47,656 nt of DNA from Deltaproteobacteria bacterium. GTDB taxonomy: Bacteria > Myxococcota > B64-G9. Positions 6,739-17,300 of the stretch are shown here, one piece after another. The translations under genes and the position numbers were made by a program. Position 1 is the stretch's first letter. Each line of letters opens with the position of its first letter. The notes beneath the pieces are model-generated. The model saw only the letters and a list, made by a program, of their open reading frames with translations. It had not been told where the DNA came from and searched no databases. The stretch is from NCBI GenBank assembly GCA_016935365.1, contig JAFGRB010000160.1:1-47656 (forward strand). Direction: 5' to 3'.

Positions 6739-9700
6739 GGCGACCTCCTCCGTCTTCGCATCGCGCCGGCCAGCAAGACCGCCAGCGCCCAGAGCGCAGG
6801 ACCGCTGCCGGTGCCGCAGGCGCAGCCCTCCCCTGCCCGCACTTCGAAGGCGCTCGGCCGGCCGAGCCCGCTGGACAGGCCCGCCGCGTCGACCGCCTCG
6901 ACTTGCCAGCGATATCGTCCTCCCGGCGCCAGCTCGATCGCGGGCGAGTAGGTCACCTCGCCGCCCAGGTCCTGGCCTGTCCCCGAGTCCAGCACCCGCA
7001 GCAAGCCCGCGTCCAGGATCTGGAACACGTAGGTCACCTCGTCGCCATCTGGATCGAGGACGCTACCGCACACGAGCTGGACCGGGGAGCTGACCAGCTC
7101 GCCATCCGCGGGCCGGAGCGGCTGGGGGATGGCCGGAGCGTGGTTGGCGCCGGGCACGCCGCAGATGGAGACCGGCCCGGAGAATCGATAGGCTGCGTCG
7201 CGCGAGAAGACGCTGTAGCAATACGTCACCCCGTCTACCAGCCCATCCTCTCCGAACTCGGAAGCCAGCCCGGAGAAGACCTCCTGGCCGCTGCCCGGAT
7301 CTGCGGGCGCATCGAGTAAGGCCCGCTGCACCTGCACGCCCGCGACCAGCGGATCGCCCGGCAGGACCCAGCTCAAGTGGAGGCTCCTGTCGCCCTCCTC
7401 GATGCGGAGATCCGACACCTCGGGCACCGGCTGCTGCACGACCACCTCGAGCTCGACCGTCACCGCGGCCGGGCTGCCATCCGCCCCGGGCGCCTCCACG
7501 CTCAGCTCCGCCGCGTGCAGCCCCAGACCCGCCTCGTCGAGCCGGATCGGGATGGCGAGATCCACACCGTGTCCCGGGTTGAGCCGGCCAGCGCCTTGCC
7601 CGAGCGCCAGCCAGGTCGGTGCGCCGTGCAGCTCGAAGTCCATGACGCGATCCCCGGCATTCGAGACGCGCATCTCGAGCTGCGGGTCGGGACCGCCGAG
7701 CGACGCGGCCAGCTCGAAGGCCGCAGGCTCGACGACCAGCCTGGCCGGCTGGGGCTCCACCTGCAAGCGGACGGAGACGCGCTGCGGGCTGTTCCACGCC
7801 CCGGGCATGACCAGCGAGAAGGCGCTCGAGCACTGCCCGGGCGGCAGGCTTCCGCAGTCCGCGCGCACCTCGAGCTCGGCCGGGCACACGGCCGCCTGCG
7901 GCTCGACCTCCAGCCAGCCGGCAGCCCCGTCCAGATCCACCTCGCAGGCGACCTCGAGCCCGCTGGCATCGGAGACGGCGACGATGGCGCTGGCTGCTTC
8001 CCGACCGCTCGTGCAGACGAGATCGAGCGCCTCGGGCTCCAGCCGGAGCTCCGGGCTGTCCGGCGCCATGTCCAGGAGGCCGAAGAAGCGCTGGTCGTCG
8101 ATCTCCGGCAGCCGGGGCCAGACGCCGTCCACTTCCTCGTCTCCCCAGCCCAGCGCGTTGATGACCTGGAAGTAGGCCCCGAAGCTGCCGTGAGGGCCCA
8201 CGTCGACATGGGAGGTCTGTAGATCGATCTCCAGCTCGTAGACCCGGTGGCCGGCCTGCATGCCGCGCCGCGACCGGAGGCCGGCCGGAAACTCCTCTGC
8301 GCCGTAGTAGTCGATCTGGTAGCCGCCGCCCGAGTTGTAGACCGGCACGAAGAGCGTGTAGTCGCCGAAGCACAGGTACAAGCCCTCCTCGCCGGGCTCG
8401 ACCGGCCAGGCGCCGTCCAGGTCGCGATCGAAGAGCAGCAGGATGTGATCGTGATCTCCGCTCGACTCGTCCAGCGTGTCCTCGCAGGCGATGTGGAGCT
8501 TGTCGCTGCAGACCAGCATGCGGAGCTCGACCTGGCTTCCGCCCTCCAGATCGACCGGCAGGACCAGCGCGTCGGCATACTCCCCGGCGGAGATGCTCCC
8601 GTCGAGCACGGGTGCCCGCTCCGTGTGCGGCACGCGCTCGGCAGGCACCTCCACCACCAGGAGACCGACCGGGACCTCCACGGGCGAGTTGGCCGCCTCG
8701 GGGCTGGAGAAGGAGATGCTGGATTCGTACTCGCCCGCCTCGAGCCCGGTCGGATCGATCTGGACGTCCAGATCCCGCGGGGCCGTGCCGGAATTCGGGC
8801 TGATGGACAGCCAGTCGGCCGGACAGCTCGCCTCGAAGCCGAGAGCGCCCACGCCGTCGTTGCGCACGTGGAGCACGGCCGTCGACGCCGAGCCCGGATC
8901 GTCCGCGGCGGCGTATGTCCGCAGCTCCGGCGGGTAGACGCCCAGCAGCGGCTGGTCGGTGTTGATGCTCTTGTGGAGCACCAGGGCCGGATCACCGAGC
9001 AGGTTGACCGTGTAGCCGGCCCAGCGGTTCCAGTCGTCTCCCATCCCGGGGGCGTTGTCGTCCTTGGCGTCGGCCAGGGCCTCGCCCAGCCTGGTCTTGC
9101 CCTCCGAGAAGAAGGCGTCCCAGAACTCCCGGTGGAAGCGCTGGCTGGGGCCGTCCGTGCCGTAGCTGCCCAGCCCGTAGCGGCTGTTGAGCACGGCCGC
9201 AGCCGGCCCGTGCTCGCCGCAGACGAAGTGCTCGCCGATCGAGTCCTGATCGTAGAACCAGTCGCCGTACTCGGCCGGGCCGCGGTTGTCGAAGGAGCCG
9301 GCCAGGCAACCCTGGGAGTAGAGGAGGAAGGAGTGCGAGTTGATCAGCGCGTCTGCCTGATGGATCTCGAGCCGCATGTTGTAGGTCACGTCGCTGTGGC
9401 CCAGGTGGTTGACCACGTGGGGTCCTTCGTCGAGCAGCGGCACCAGATCGCCCGGCCCCCAGGCGTCCGGCCCGCCCAGATCCCGGTCGTAGAGCGTGTG
9501 ACACGCGAAGAACGGCAGGCTGTCGAAGCCCAGGGTGGTCGTGCCGCCCGTGCTGGCGCCATGGATGAGCTCGTCCATGTAATCGCCGCCCCAGACCGGC
9601 CCATCGAAGAGCCACTCGCCCAGCATCCAGACATCGCTGAGCCAGCTTCCGGCCGCCTGGTCGTATGCCAGGGTCTTGGCGACGAATTGCCGCAGCTCCT

Positions 9701-10871
9701 GCTCGCTGTCGACCGGGGCGCGCCCCACGGCGATCTCGGCCAGCAGGTCCACCTCGCCTCCGCCGAGCCCGTCGCCGTGCTCTCCGTAGACGCCGTCCGC
9801 GTCGAAGTCGAAGCTGCCGTCCAGGCAGCCGTAGTACATGTCGGCCGGGATCTGATCGGCGATCTCCGCGCCGATCTCGGGGTCGTAGCCCATGTTGACG
9901 TACAGCCCGCGCACCGGCATGAGCATGTCGCCGCTCTCGCCGCCCACGTCGGCCGCATCCGCGTCGCCCACCAGCAGCGCGTGCCGCACGCCCCACTCGG
10001 CGTATGCGTCGGTCAAGAACTCGCGTATCCGGGTGGCGTCGTCCGCCCCGCCGTCCGGTCGCGTCCCGGGGTAGTGCGTCTGGATCCACTCCAGGCTGAC
10101 GATCGAGCTCGCCAGGCCGGTGAGCTCGCGCGCATCCCGCAGCGCCTCCAGGCTGTCGTCGCCGCCCAGGCCGACGAAGACCCCGGGCGCGATGATCAAG
10201 TAGTCGAACTCGCCATCATCGAGACGCGACACCCCGCGATCGACCGGCCCGGCCGGGTAGTCGATCAGGGCCGAGCTGTCCGCGGCCATCCGCATCACCG
10301 CGGCCAGGTCGTCGCTTCGGGCCCGAAAGACCCGCGGGACCGGCCCGCCGGGCCGGGTCTCCAGGCGCAGCCTGGCCGAGACCAGCCGGGTCATCCGGCC
10401 GGTCTTCGGCTCCCAGCGCAGCGGGAACACGTCGACCGGCAGCAGCGCGCAGCCGTGCAGGAACTGGAGCGCGCCCTTTCTGAACCACCGATTTGGCCAG
10501 GGCGCATCGCCGCCGTAGATGGCCGCATCGGGCGCGGTGGGCACCGGGGGCGTGGAGCGCGAGAGCGGCCTGGGCCGCTGGGCGGGGAGCGGCCTGTGGA
10601 GACCGGGAAGCGCCTCGACGGCTTGGCCCTCGATCCTGAGCTCGCCTGGCTCGCAGCCCGGCGGCAGGAGCAGCCAGAAGGTCGCTACCGGCAGGAGCGG
10701 CTCGCCCGGCTGCGCCTGCAGCCTGGCACCGGGGACCAGGATCCGCTCGCCCAGCTCGGTCATCTGAATCGACGGCGGCTCGAAGGCCAGCTGCAGGTCG
10801 ATCGCCGATGCAACGCCCGTCATGGCCAGAAAGACGACGATCGTCAACGCGGATCTGGAATGCACGCGCAA
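6735..10871 (-). CDS. Large secreted gingipain-like (peptidase C25) clan CD cysteine peptidase with a C-terminal MYXO-CTERM sorting signal.
   Basis: The protein is 1378 aa with a signal peptide. The FDYLIIAP and HALLVGD motifs match the start of the C25 catalytic domain. A His-Gly (NHLGHSD) followed by Gly-Cys (LYSQGCLAGSF) gives the dyad order typical of clan CD. The C-terminus, GCACGTGSGPALWALAVLLAGAMRRRRRSP, is a MYXO-CTERM-type tail. Confidence 0.55.
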   Translation of the reverse strand: MRVHSRSALTIVVFLAMTGVASAIDLQLAFEPPSIQMTELGERILVPGARLQAQPGEPLLPVATFWLLLPPGCEPGELRIEGQAVEALPGLHRPLPAQRPRPLSRSTPPVPTAPDAAIYGGDAPWPNRWFRKGALQFLHGCALLPVDVFPLRWEPKTGRMTRLVSARLRLETRPGGPVPRVFRARSDDLAAVMRMAADSSALIDYPAGPVDRGVSRLDDGEFDYLIIAPGVFVGLGGDDSLEALRDARELTGLASSIVSLEWIQTHYPGTRPDGGADDATRIREFLTDAYAEWGVRHALLVGDADAADVGGESGDMLMPVRGLYVNMGYDPEIGAEIADQIPADMYYGCLDGSFDFDADGVYGEHGDGLGGGEVDLLAEIAVGRAPVDSEQELRQFVAKTLAYDQAAGSWLSDVWMLGEWLFDGPVWGGDYMDELIHGASTGGTTTLGFDSLPFFACHTLYDRDLGGPDAWGPGDLVPLLDEGPHVVNHLGHSDVTYNMRLEIHQADALINSHSFLLYSQGCLAGSFDNRGPAEYGDWFYDQDSIGEHFVCGEHGPAAAVLNSRYGLGSYGTDGPSQRFHREFWDAFFSEGKTRLGEALADAKDDNAPGMGDDWNRWAGYTVNLLGDPALVLHKSINTDQPLLGVYPPELRTYAAADDPGSASTAVLHVRNDGVGALGFEASCPADWLSISPNSGTAPRDLDVQIDPTGLEAGEYESSISFSSPEAANSPVEVPVGLLVVEVPAERVPHTERAPVLDGSISAGEYADALVLPVDLEGGSQVELRMLVCSDKLHIACEDTLDESSGDHDHILLLFDRDLDGAWPVEPGEEGLYLCFGDYTLFVPVYNSGGGYQIDYYGAEEFPAGLRSRRGMQAGHRVYELEIDLQTSHVDVGPHGSFGAYFQVINALGWGDEEVDGVWPRLPEIDDQRFFGLLDMAPDSPELRLEPEALDLVCTSGREAASAIVAVSDASGLEVACEVDLDGAAGWLEVEPQAAVCPAELEVRADCGSLPPGQCSSAFSLVMPGAWNSPQRVSVRLQVEPQPARLVVEPAAFELAASLGGPDPQLEMRVSNAGDRVMDFELHGAPTWLALGQGAGRLNPGHGVDLAIPIRLDEAGLGLHAAELSVEAPGADGSPAAVTVELEVVVQQPVPEVSDLRIEEGDRSLHLSWVLPGDPLVAGVQVQRALLDAPADPGSGQEVFSGLASEFGEDGLVDGVTYCYSVFSRDAAYRFSGPVSICGVPGANHAPAIPQPLRPADGELVSSPVQLVCGSVLDPDGDEVTYVFQILDAGLLRVLDSGTGQDLGGEVTYSPAIELAPGGRYRWQVEAVDAAGLSSGLGRPSAFEVRAGEGCACGTGSGPALWALAVLLAGAMRRRRRSP

Positions 10872-10920
10872 GCTCCCTCTCCCCCTGGGCGAGCCGATTC
10901 TATCAGTACAGTGGCGGTCT

Positions 10921-10967
10921 GAGAACAGGAAATGGAGCAGGCGCTCCGGGGGGCGTTGCCCCCCTCG
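10921..10967 (-). terminator. Candidate intrinsic terminator downstream of the MopE-repeat lipoprotein gene. It has two GC hairpins followed by ATTTCCTGTT on the transcribed strand.
   Basis: Read 5'->3' on the minus strand, ggggggcaacgcccccc comes first. Then ggagcgcctgctcc, followed by atttcctgttctc. The U-tract is weak. Confidence 0.3.
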
Positions 10968-10975
10968 CCTTGTGT

Positions 10976-13900
10976 CTATGTTCTCTCGTTATTGTCCATG
11001 GCACTCGAGCATTCGGTGTCTTGCGCGTCGATCTGACCGTCCCGGTCGTTGTCCCGCCCGTCGTTGCACTGGGTCGAACCGTAGCCGATCTCCATTTCCC
11101 CAAGCCTGCAGTCCGGATCGTCTCCGTCCACCCAGCCGTCGCCGTCGTTGTCGACATTGTCGCTGCAGCCCGTCGCCGAGCCCTCGGAGTCGTCCAGGGC
11201 GTCGTCGCAATCGCTATCCCCCGAGTCGATCTGTCGGTCCCCGTCGTTGTCGAGCCCGTCGTTGCACTCGGTCACGCCGTAGCCGATCTCCATGGTCCCT
11301 TCGATGCAGTCTGGATCGTCTCCGTCCACCCAGCCATCGCCGTCGTTGTCCAGGTTGTCGCCGCAGTTGTCGACCGCCCCATCGGTCTCGTCGTTGTCGA
11401 ATGCGCTGTCGCAGCCCGGATCGCCGCTGTCGATGAGGCGGTCACGATCGTTGTCCCGCCCGTCGTTGCAGGCGTAGTCGGTGTAGCCGATCTCCTGCTC
11501 GCCCATCAGGCAGTCCGGATCGTCGTAGTCGGTCCAGCCGTCGCCGTCGTTGTCCTGACCGTCCTCGCAGTTGGGCGGCACGACCACGTCGCGCTCGTCG
11601 TTGTCCAGGGCGTCCTCGCAGCCGGGATCGTCCCGGTCGATCAGCCTGTCCCGATCGTTGTCGAGCCCGTCGTTGCACTGGGTCCGGCCGTAGCCCTGCT
11701 CGCTCATGCCCAGCATGCAGTCCGGATCCTCCTCGTCGATCCAGCCGTCGGCGTCGTTGTCCAGGTTGTCGCCGCAGTTATCCGTCGCGCTGTCCGTCTC
11801 GTCGTTGTCCCAGGCATCCATGCAGCCGGGATCATTCGCATCCATGAGCCGGTCGCCGTCGTTGTCCGCCCCGTCGTTGCACTGGGTCCGGCCGTAACCT
11901 CTCTCCGTGTCTCCAGAGGAGCAGTCCGGATCGGCGTCGTCGGTCCAGCCGTCCTCGTCGTTGTCCAGACCGTCCCGGCAGTCCGGCACGGACACGTTGC
12001 GCTCGTCATCGTCCAGGGCGTTGTCGCAGCCGATATCCTCGGAGTCGATCGTGCGATCGCCGTCATTGTCCAGGCCGTCGTTGCACTGGGTGACGCCGAA
12101 GCCGACCTCGGAGAGCCCGAACCGGCAGTCCGGATCCTCCTCGTCGGTCCAGCCGTCTCCGTCGTTGTCCTGACCGTCCGAGCAGTCCGGAACCACGCTG
12201 TCCTGCTCGTCGTTGTCCAGCGCGTCGAGGCAGCCCGGATCCTCGGCGTCGATGCGCCGGTCTCTGTCGTTGTCCGCGCCGTCGTTGCACTGCGTGTTGC
12301 CGAAGCCGGTCTCGCTGGTGCCGAAGAGGCAGTCCGGATCGTCGGCGTCGGTCCAGCCGTCCTCGTCGTTGTCCAGGCCATCCGTGCACTGCCGGCTGCC
12401 GCTGTCGGTCTCGTCGTTGTCCAGGGCATTGGCGCAGCCCGGATCCTCGCTGTCGACGCGCCTGTCCGAGTCGTTGTCCAGGCCGTCGTTGCACTGCGTC
12501 CGCCCGAAGCCCTGCTCGCTGTCTCCGTCGATGCAGTCCGGATCGTCCGCATCCACCCAGCCGTCGCCGTCGTTGTCGATCCGGTCGGCGCAGTTGTCCA
12601 CCGCGCCGTCCGTCTCGTCGTTGTCCCAGGCGTCCAGGCAGCCCGGATCCTCCGAGTCGATCAAGCGGTCTCTGTCGTTGTCCTCGCCGTCGTTGCAAGC
12701 CGTGTTCCCGTAGCCGCGCTCCGAGTCGCCCAGCATGCAGTCCGGATCGTCGGCATCCACCCAGCCGTCGCCGTCGTTGTCGATCCGATCCGCGCAGTCC
12801 AGCACCGCCGAGTCCCGCTCGTCGTCGTCGAGCGCGTCCTCGCAGCCCGGATCCTCGGCATCGATCCGCCGGTCCCCGTCGTTGTCCTGCCCGTCGTTGC
12901 ACTCCGTCCGCCCGAAGCCCGTCTCCACGAAGCCCATCTGGCAGTCCGGATCATCCCCGTCGATCCAGCCGTCGCCGTCGTTGTCCTGGTGGTCGGCGCA
13001 GTTGTCCGGCGTCGCGTCCTCCTCGTCGTTGTCGAGGGCGTCGATGCAGCCCGGATCCTCGGAGTCGATCAGACGATCGCCATCGTTGTCGCGGTCGTCG
13101 TTGCAGGCGGTGTCGCCGAAGCCGCGCTCGCTGTTTCCGAAGACGCAGTCCGGATCGTCCCGATCGATCCACCCGTCCCCGTCGTTGTCCTGTCCGTCGA
13201 AGCAGGAGTTGCCGCTCGCGCTCTCGTTGTCGTCCAGGCCGTTGACGCAGTCGGGGTCGTCCGCATCGGCCAGCCGATCGCCGTCGTTGTCGATCCCGTC
13301 GTTGCACTCGGTCCGGCTGAAGCCCTGCTCGACGGTCCCGTCGATGCAGTCCGGATCGTCGCCATCGATCCAGCCGTCCGCGTCGTTGTCGGTATCGTCG
13401 TCGCAGTTCGCCGGCGTGTTGTCGTCCTCGCTGTCGTCCAGCGCATCCAGACAACCGCTGTCCTGGCTGTCGATCGCATTGTCGCCATCGTTGTCCACGC
13501 CGTCGTTGCACTCGCTGTCGCCGAAGCCCGTCTCCTCCCGCCCGAGCCGGCAGTCCGGATCGTCCTCGTCGAACCAGCCGTCGCCGTCGTTGTCCTGGCC
13601 GTCGTCGCAGTTGTCCGTGCCGCCGCCTGCCTCGCTGTCGTCGGCCGCATCGATGCAATCGAGATCCTCTCCATCGGTATCCCCATCGTCATCGTTGTCC
13701 ACGCCGTCGTTGCACTCCGTGTCCCCGAATCCGAGCTCCATCTCTCCGGTCTGGCAGTCCGGATCGTCGGCGTCCACCCAACCGTCGCCGTCGTTGTCCT
13801 CGTCGTCATCGCAGTTCGGCGTCTCGTCGATGCACTGGCCGTCCACGCAGATCTGCCCGTCCTGGCAGGCCGGCCCGTCGCCGCAGGCGCACTCGTCGGT

Positions 13901-14233
13901 CCCCTCGTCCACGCAGATCTCGCCCTGGCCGCAAGCCGGCACGCAGACGTTCTCCACGCAGTCGCCATCCTCGCAATGGAAGCCCCGCCCGCAGGGAGGA
14001 TCGCAGTCGGTGACATCCTCCACGCAGTCGCCGTTCTCGTCCTCGATGTAGCCCGAATCGCAGCTGCACTGGGCTGTGCCGTCCACCACGCTGCAGACCG
14101 TCTTGTGCGGATCGGTGCACGGGTTCGGATCGCAGGGGCTGCCCGTCGTATCCGAGCTGCAGCCGCAACACAGCATCGCCGCGATGCCGGCCATCGCCAG
14201 CAAGCTCCATCCCCAACCAGCGTGCTTCTTCAT
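10976..14233 (-). CDS. Lipoprotein carrying about 15 tandem 68-aa units, which is roughly 30 half-repeats. The half-repeats are Asp-rich and related to the MopE-like 'putative metal-binding motif': C-x-DG-x-DNDGDGW-x-D-x-DDPDC and CNDG-x-DND-x-DR-x-ID-x-EDPGC. A short Cys-rich EGF-like region precedes the array.
   Basis: I chose the start at MKKHAGW, with GGGAGGA 6 nt upstream. The GTG at 14278 adds 15 residues with no SD. The lipobox is IAAMLCCGCSS. The repeats are plain in the translation, and Asp and Asn dominate. Wherever this gene lies on the minus strand, the plus-strand ORFs in the six-frame track read antisense to it. Confidence 0.65.
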   Translation of the reverse strand: MKKHAGWGWSLLAMAGIAAMLCCGCSSDTTGSPCDPNPCTDPHKTVCSVVDGTAQCSCDSGYIEDENGDCVEDVTDCDPPCGRGFHCEDGDCVENVCVPACGQGEICVDEGTDECACGDGPACQDGQICVDGQCIDETPNCDDDEDNDGDGWVDADDPDCQTGEMELGFGDTECNDGVDNDDDGDTDGEDLDCIDAADDSEAGGGTDNCDDGQDNDGDGWFDEDDPDCRLGREETGFGDSECNDGVDNDGDNAIDSQDSGCLDALDDSEDDNTPANCDDDTDNDADGWIDGDDPDCIDGTVEQGFSRTECNDGIDNDGDRLADADDPDCVNGLDDNESASGNSCFDGQDNDGDGWIDRDDPDCVFGNSERGFGDTACNDDRDNDGDRLIDSEDPGCIDALDNDEEDATPDNCADHQDNDGDGWIDGDDPDCQMGFVETGFGRTECNDGQDNDGDRRIDAEDPGCEDALDDDERDSAVLDCADRIDNDGDGWVDADDPDCMLGDSERGYGNTACNDGEDNDRDRLIDSEDPGCLDAWDNDETDGAVDNCADRIDNDGDGWVDADDPDCIDGDSEQGFGRTQCNDGLDNDSDRRVDSEDPGCANALDNDETDSGSRQCTDGLDNDEDGWTDADDPDCLFGTSETGFGNTQCNDGADNDRDRRIDAEDPGCLDALDNDEQDSVVPDCSDGQDNDGDGWTDEEDPDCRFGLSEVGFGVTQCNDGLDNDGDRTIDSEDIGCDNALDDDERNVSVPDCRDGLDNDEDGWTDDADPDCSSGDTERGYGRTQCNDGADNDGDRLMDANDPGCMDAWDNDETDSATDNCGDNLDNDADGWIDEEDPDCMLGMSEQGYGRTQCNDGLDNDRDRLIDRDDPGCEDALDNDERDVVVPPNCEDGQDNDGDGWTDYDDPDCLMGEQEIGYTDYACNDGRDNDRDRLIDSGDPGCDSAFDNDETDGAVDNCGDNLDNDGDGWVDGDDPDCIEGTMEIGYGVTECNDGLDNDGDRQIDSGDSDCDDALDDSEGSATGCSDNVDNDGDGWVDGDDPDCRLGEMEIGYGSTQCNDGRDNDRDGQIDAQDTECSSAMDNNERT

Positions 14234-14352
14234 CGTCTTCTCCTCCCGTTCGTGTATCTCACGAGCAAGTGATCCCACCTGACAGCAACAGAGGCGTCAT
14301 TCTTAGCAAACATCCGATCGAAAGGCAAATCCGCCGAGCCCGACCGGATCGA

Positions 14353-17300
14353 TCAGTCCGACGCCTTCGGCCGGGCCTCCATCACCTGGATGTCGTCGTA
14401 GTAGGCTCCCGTGCTCGACCACGAGTAGAGCCCGACCGTGCCCCGGTCCAGCGAGCCGTCGTAGATCCGGATGACCAGGCGGCCGTCCTTCCAGACCGAG
14501 ATCGCATCCCCGGAGACCTCCACCTCGAGGTGGAAGGCCTGCCCCTGCACGAAGGGCTGGCCGGCGAGCTCCGCCAGGACCTCCTCGGCTCCGTCCACCC
14601 GCCGGGTCAGCCGGATGAAGTTCCGGTACTCCAGCGTGAGATCCAGCCGGTAGAAGTGATCCGGGTCCTGGAAGCGGAAGACCAGCCCGAGCCCGTCGTT
14701 GTCGTTGTCGCGCATCCAGGCCGAGAAGCGATAATCCTGCCACAGGAGCGCGTCCGGCCTGTCCCAGTACAGGACCGTACCGAGACGCGGGTCATCGTAC
14801 GGGTTGGCGCCGATGTTGGAGTCCTGGACCAGCACACCGCCCGACACGAACCAGTGCGAGGGGCCTTCGCGCGATGTCTCATCGAGGACGGTCCAGCCGG
14901 ACGTGTCGCCGTCTCCGAAGTCCTCGCTCATGATCCGCCCGCCGGATCGCACCCAGACCCGGTGCAGGGTGTCGAAATCCGCGTCTCCGGCATAGTCGTC
15001 CAGCTCCCAGCGGCCATCCGCGATCCCCCAGTGACAGGCGCCACCTTGATAGAAGGGGAAGCTCGTCATGGCGAACTCGGCCATGTCTTCGAAGTAGCCG
15101 TTCATGCTGGCCGGGAGCATGGCCCTGTGGCCGGCGAGCAGGCGGTGCTGCAGCTGCAGACCCGCGCAGGAGCCGATGCCGGTCGCGAAGTAGTCCAGGC
15201 AAGTCGGGAGCGTCGTGGAGAAGTGCATGGCTCGCTGCACGCTCCAGCCGATCCCGTCGAAGCGGGCCTCGGTCGCCCCGAGCGCCGCGAAGAGCGTATT
15301 GTCCGCGTGGCCCCAGTAGCCGGTCGCGCTCTCGTCGGTGCCCTGGACGTTGCTGCCCAGGAGCGGCAGGTCGTGATCCCGCACGGCCAGCGCGGGATCC
15401 ATCCCGCCCTGGTGCAGGTAGTTCAAGACCAGGGTCCAGCCGCCCCCGTCGGTCACCATGTCGCAGGAGGCGTAGATGGGCTCGAAGCCGCCGGCCCCGT
15501 CCGGATCGATCGAGTAGAGCCCGTTGCCGGCGCGCGGATCGGCGCGCAGGATGGCCAGGCAGTCGGCCGCCGCAGCGCACTGCGCCCCCTGGCAGAAGCC
15601 GGTCACGCAGTGGCGGTGCTCGGAGCAGGGCTCCCCCAGCCCCACCCGCGCGCAGGCCTGCGGGCAGGAGCCGCCGCAGTCGACGCCCTCCTCGTCACCG
15701 TCCGCCTGATCGTTGTCGCAGTGCGCTGGCGCGGCTCGCACCCAGATGCGGTGCAGGGTGTCCTGAGATGCGTCTCCGGCCCAGTCGTCCATGTCCCAGC
15801 GGTTCTCCAGGATCAACCAGTGAGCCGTCCAGCCCTTCCAGAACGCCTGGCACATGGCGCTCTCCCCCAGGTCCTGGCCCGCCAGATCCATGGCCTGGGG
15901 CAGCAGGGCGCTGTGGCCGGGCAGGGCCTGGTACGCGCTGACCAGGCCGCTGCAGGTGCCGGTGCCGCTCGCGAAGTAGGCGATGCAGCCGGTGTCCGAG
16001 CTTTTGAAGTCCATGCGCCTGTCGTGGCCGGAGCTGCGGCCCGTGAAGCGCAGCTCGTCCACGTCCAGCAGGGCGAAGAGGGCGGGCGCGGCGTGGCCCC
16101 AGTGGACGCTGTCGTGCCCGTCGGAGCCGAGCGCCTCGCTGCCGCGAAGCGGCATCCGGTCCGCGAGCGCCTCGGGCGCGGGCGTGCTTCCGCCCTGGTG
16201 CAGGTAGTTCAGCACCAGGGTCCAGCCGCCGCCGTCGGTCTGCATGTCGCAGGAGACCATGATCGGATCGAGACCGCCCTGCCCGTCCAGGTCGACCCAG
16301 TAGTCACCGGAGGCCGCGTCCGGGTCGTCCCACTTGATGCGGCTGCAGTCGGGCTGCAGCCCGCAGCTGCCCTGGGCGCACAGGCCGGTCCTGCAGTCCG
16401 CATGCGCCTGGCAGCCCATGCCCACGTCGCAGCGCAGCCCGCAGGCTCCGCCGCAGTCCACGTCGGTCTCGGTCCCGCTCAGGGCCCCGTCGCTGCAGTG
16501 ATCGGGCTCCGATCGCAGCCAGATACGATGCAGGGTGTGATCGCGCTTGCCCCCGAACCACTCGTCCACGCTCCAGGAGCCGAAGCCCGCGTTCCAGCTC
16601 GCCTTGCCGTACGCGTAGAAAGGCTGGCTGGTCAGCAGCACCTCGTCCATGATCGTCACGGCCGTGCCGTCCGCCTCGGCGGGCAGGCGGGCCGAGTGAT
16701 CGGCGAGCGGCCTGAAGCGGTAGGCCAGGTCGCCGCAGCTCTGGCTCTCGTCACCGCCCAGGTAGGCCAGACAACCCGCCGAGTCGGTCACGAAATCGAT
16801 CACCCGCCCGTGGCCGGAGCTTCGGGCGTGGAACCGCGCCTCCCGGGCGTTCAATGCCGCGAAGAGCGCCGGCGAGGCGTGGCCCCAGTGAGGCGACTCG
16901 CTCTCGTCCATGCCCAGCCGGTCGCTGCCGAGCAGGGGCAGGCTGTCTTCGCGCATCTGGATGAGCGGATCGCTCCCGCCCTGGTGGACATAGTTCAAGA
17001 CCATCGTCCAGCCGCCTCCCCCGGTCGTCATGTCGCAGGTCGCCTTCATGGGCTGGATCGGCCCAGCGCCGTCCGGGTCGATGCCGTAGACGCCGTCCGG
17101 AGCCCCGGGGCGCAGCAGCAGCACCTCGGTGCAGTTTTTCGGATCGACGCAGGCGCCGGCCTCGCACAGGCCGAAGCAATCGCTGTCCGCGAAGCAGGCT
17201 CCACCCGCCGGGCAGCCCGGGCAGATCCCGCCGCAGTCCACGTCCGTCTCGGACAGGTCCCGGGTGCCGTCCGAGCAGTGGGATGGCTCGGCCCGGACGA

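Noticed and set aside
8247-10922. An 891-aa plus-strand ORF opposite the C25 peptidase gene. Similar cases are the long antisense ORFs 10808-14272, 14269-18864, 19119-20852, 16751-18862, 7063-8373, 7502-8995, 1117-2655 and 3512-5176.
   Set aside because: They are rich in Arg, Ala, Gly, Val and Pro and carry no signal, motif or SD. They lie antisense to, or out of frame with, genes that have clear family signatures. This is the usual artefact of about 70 percent GC DNA.
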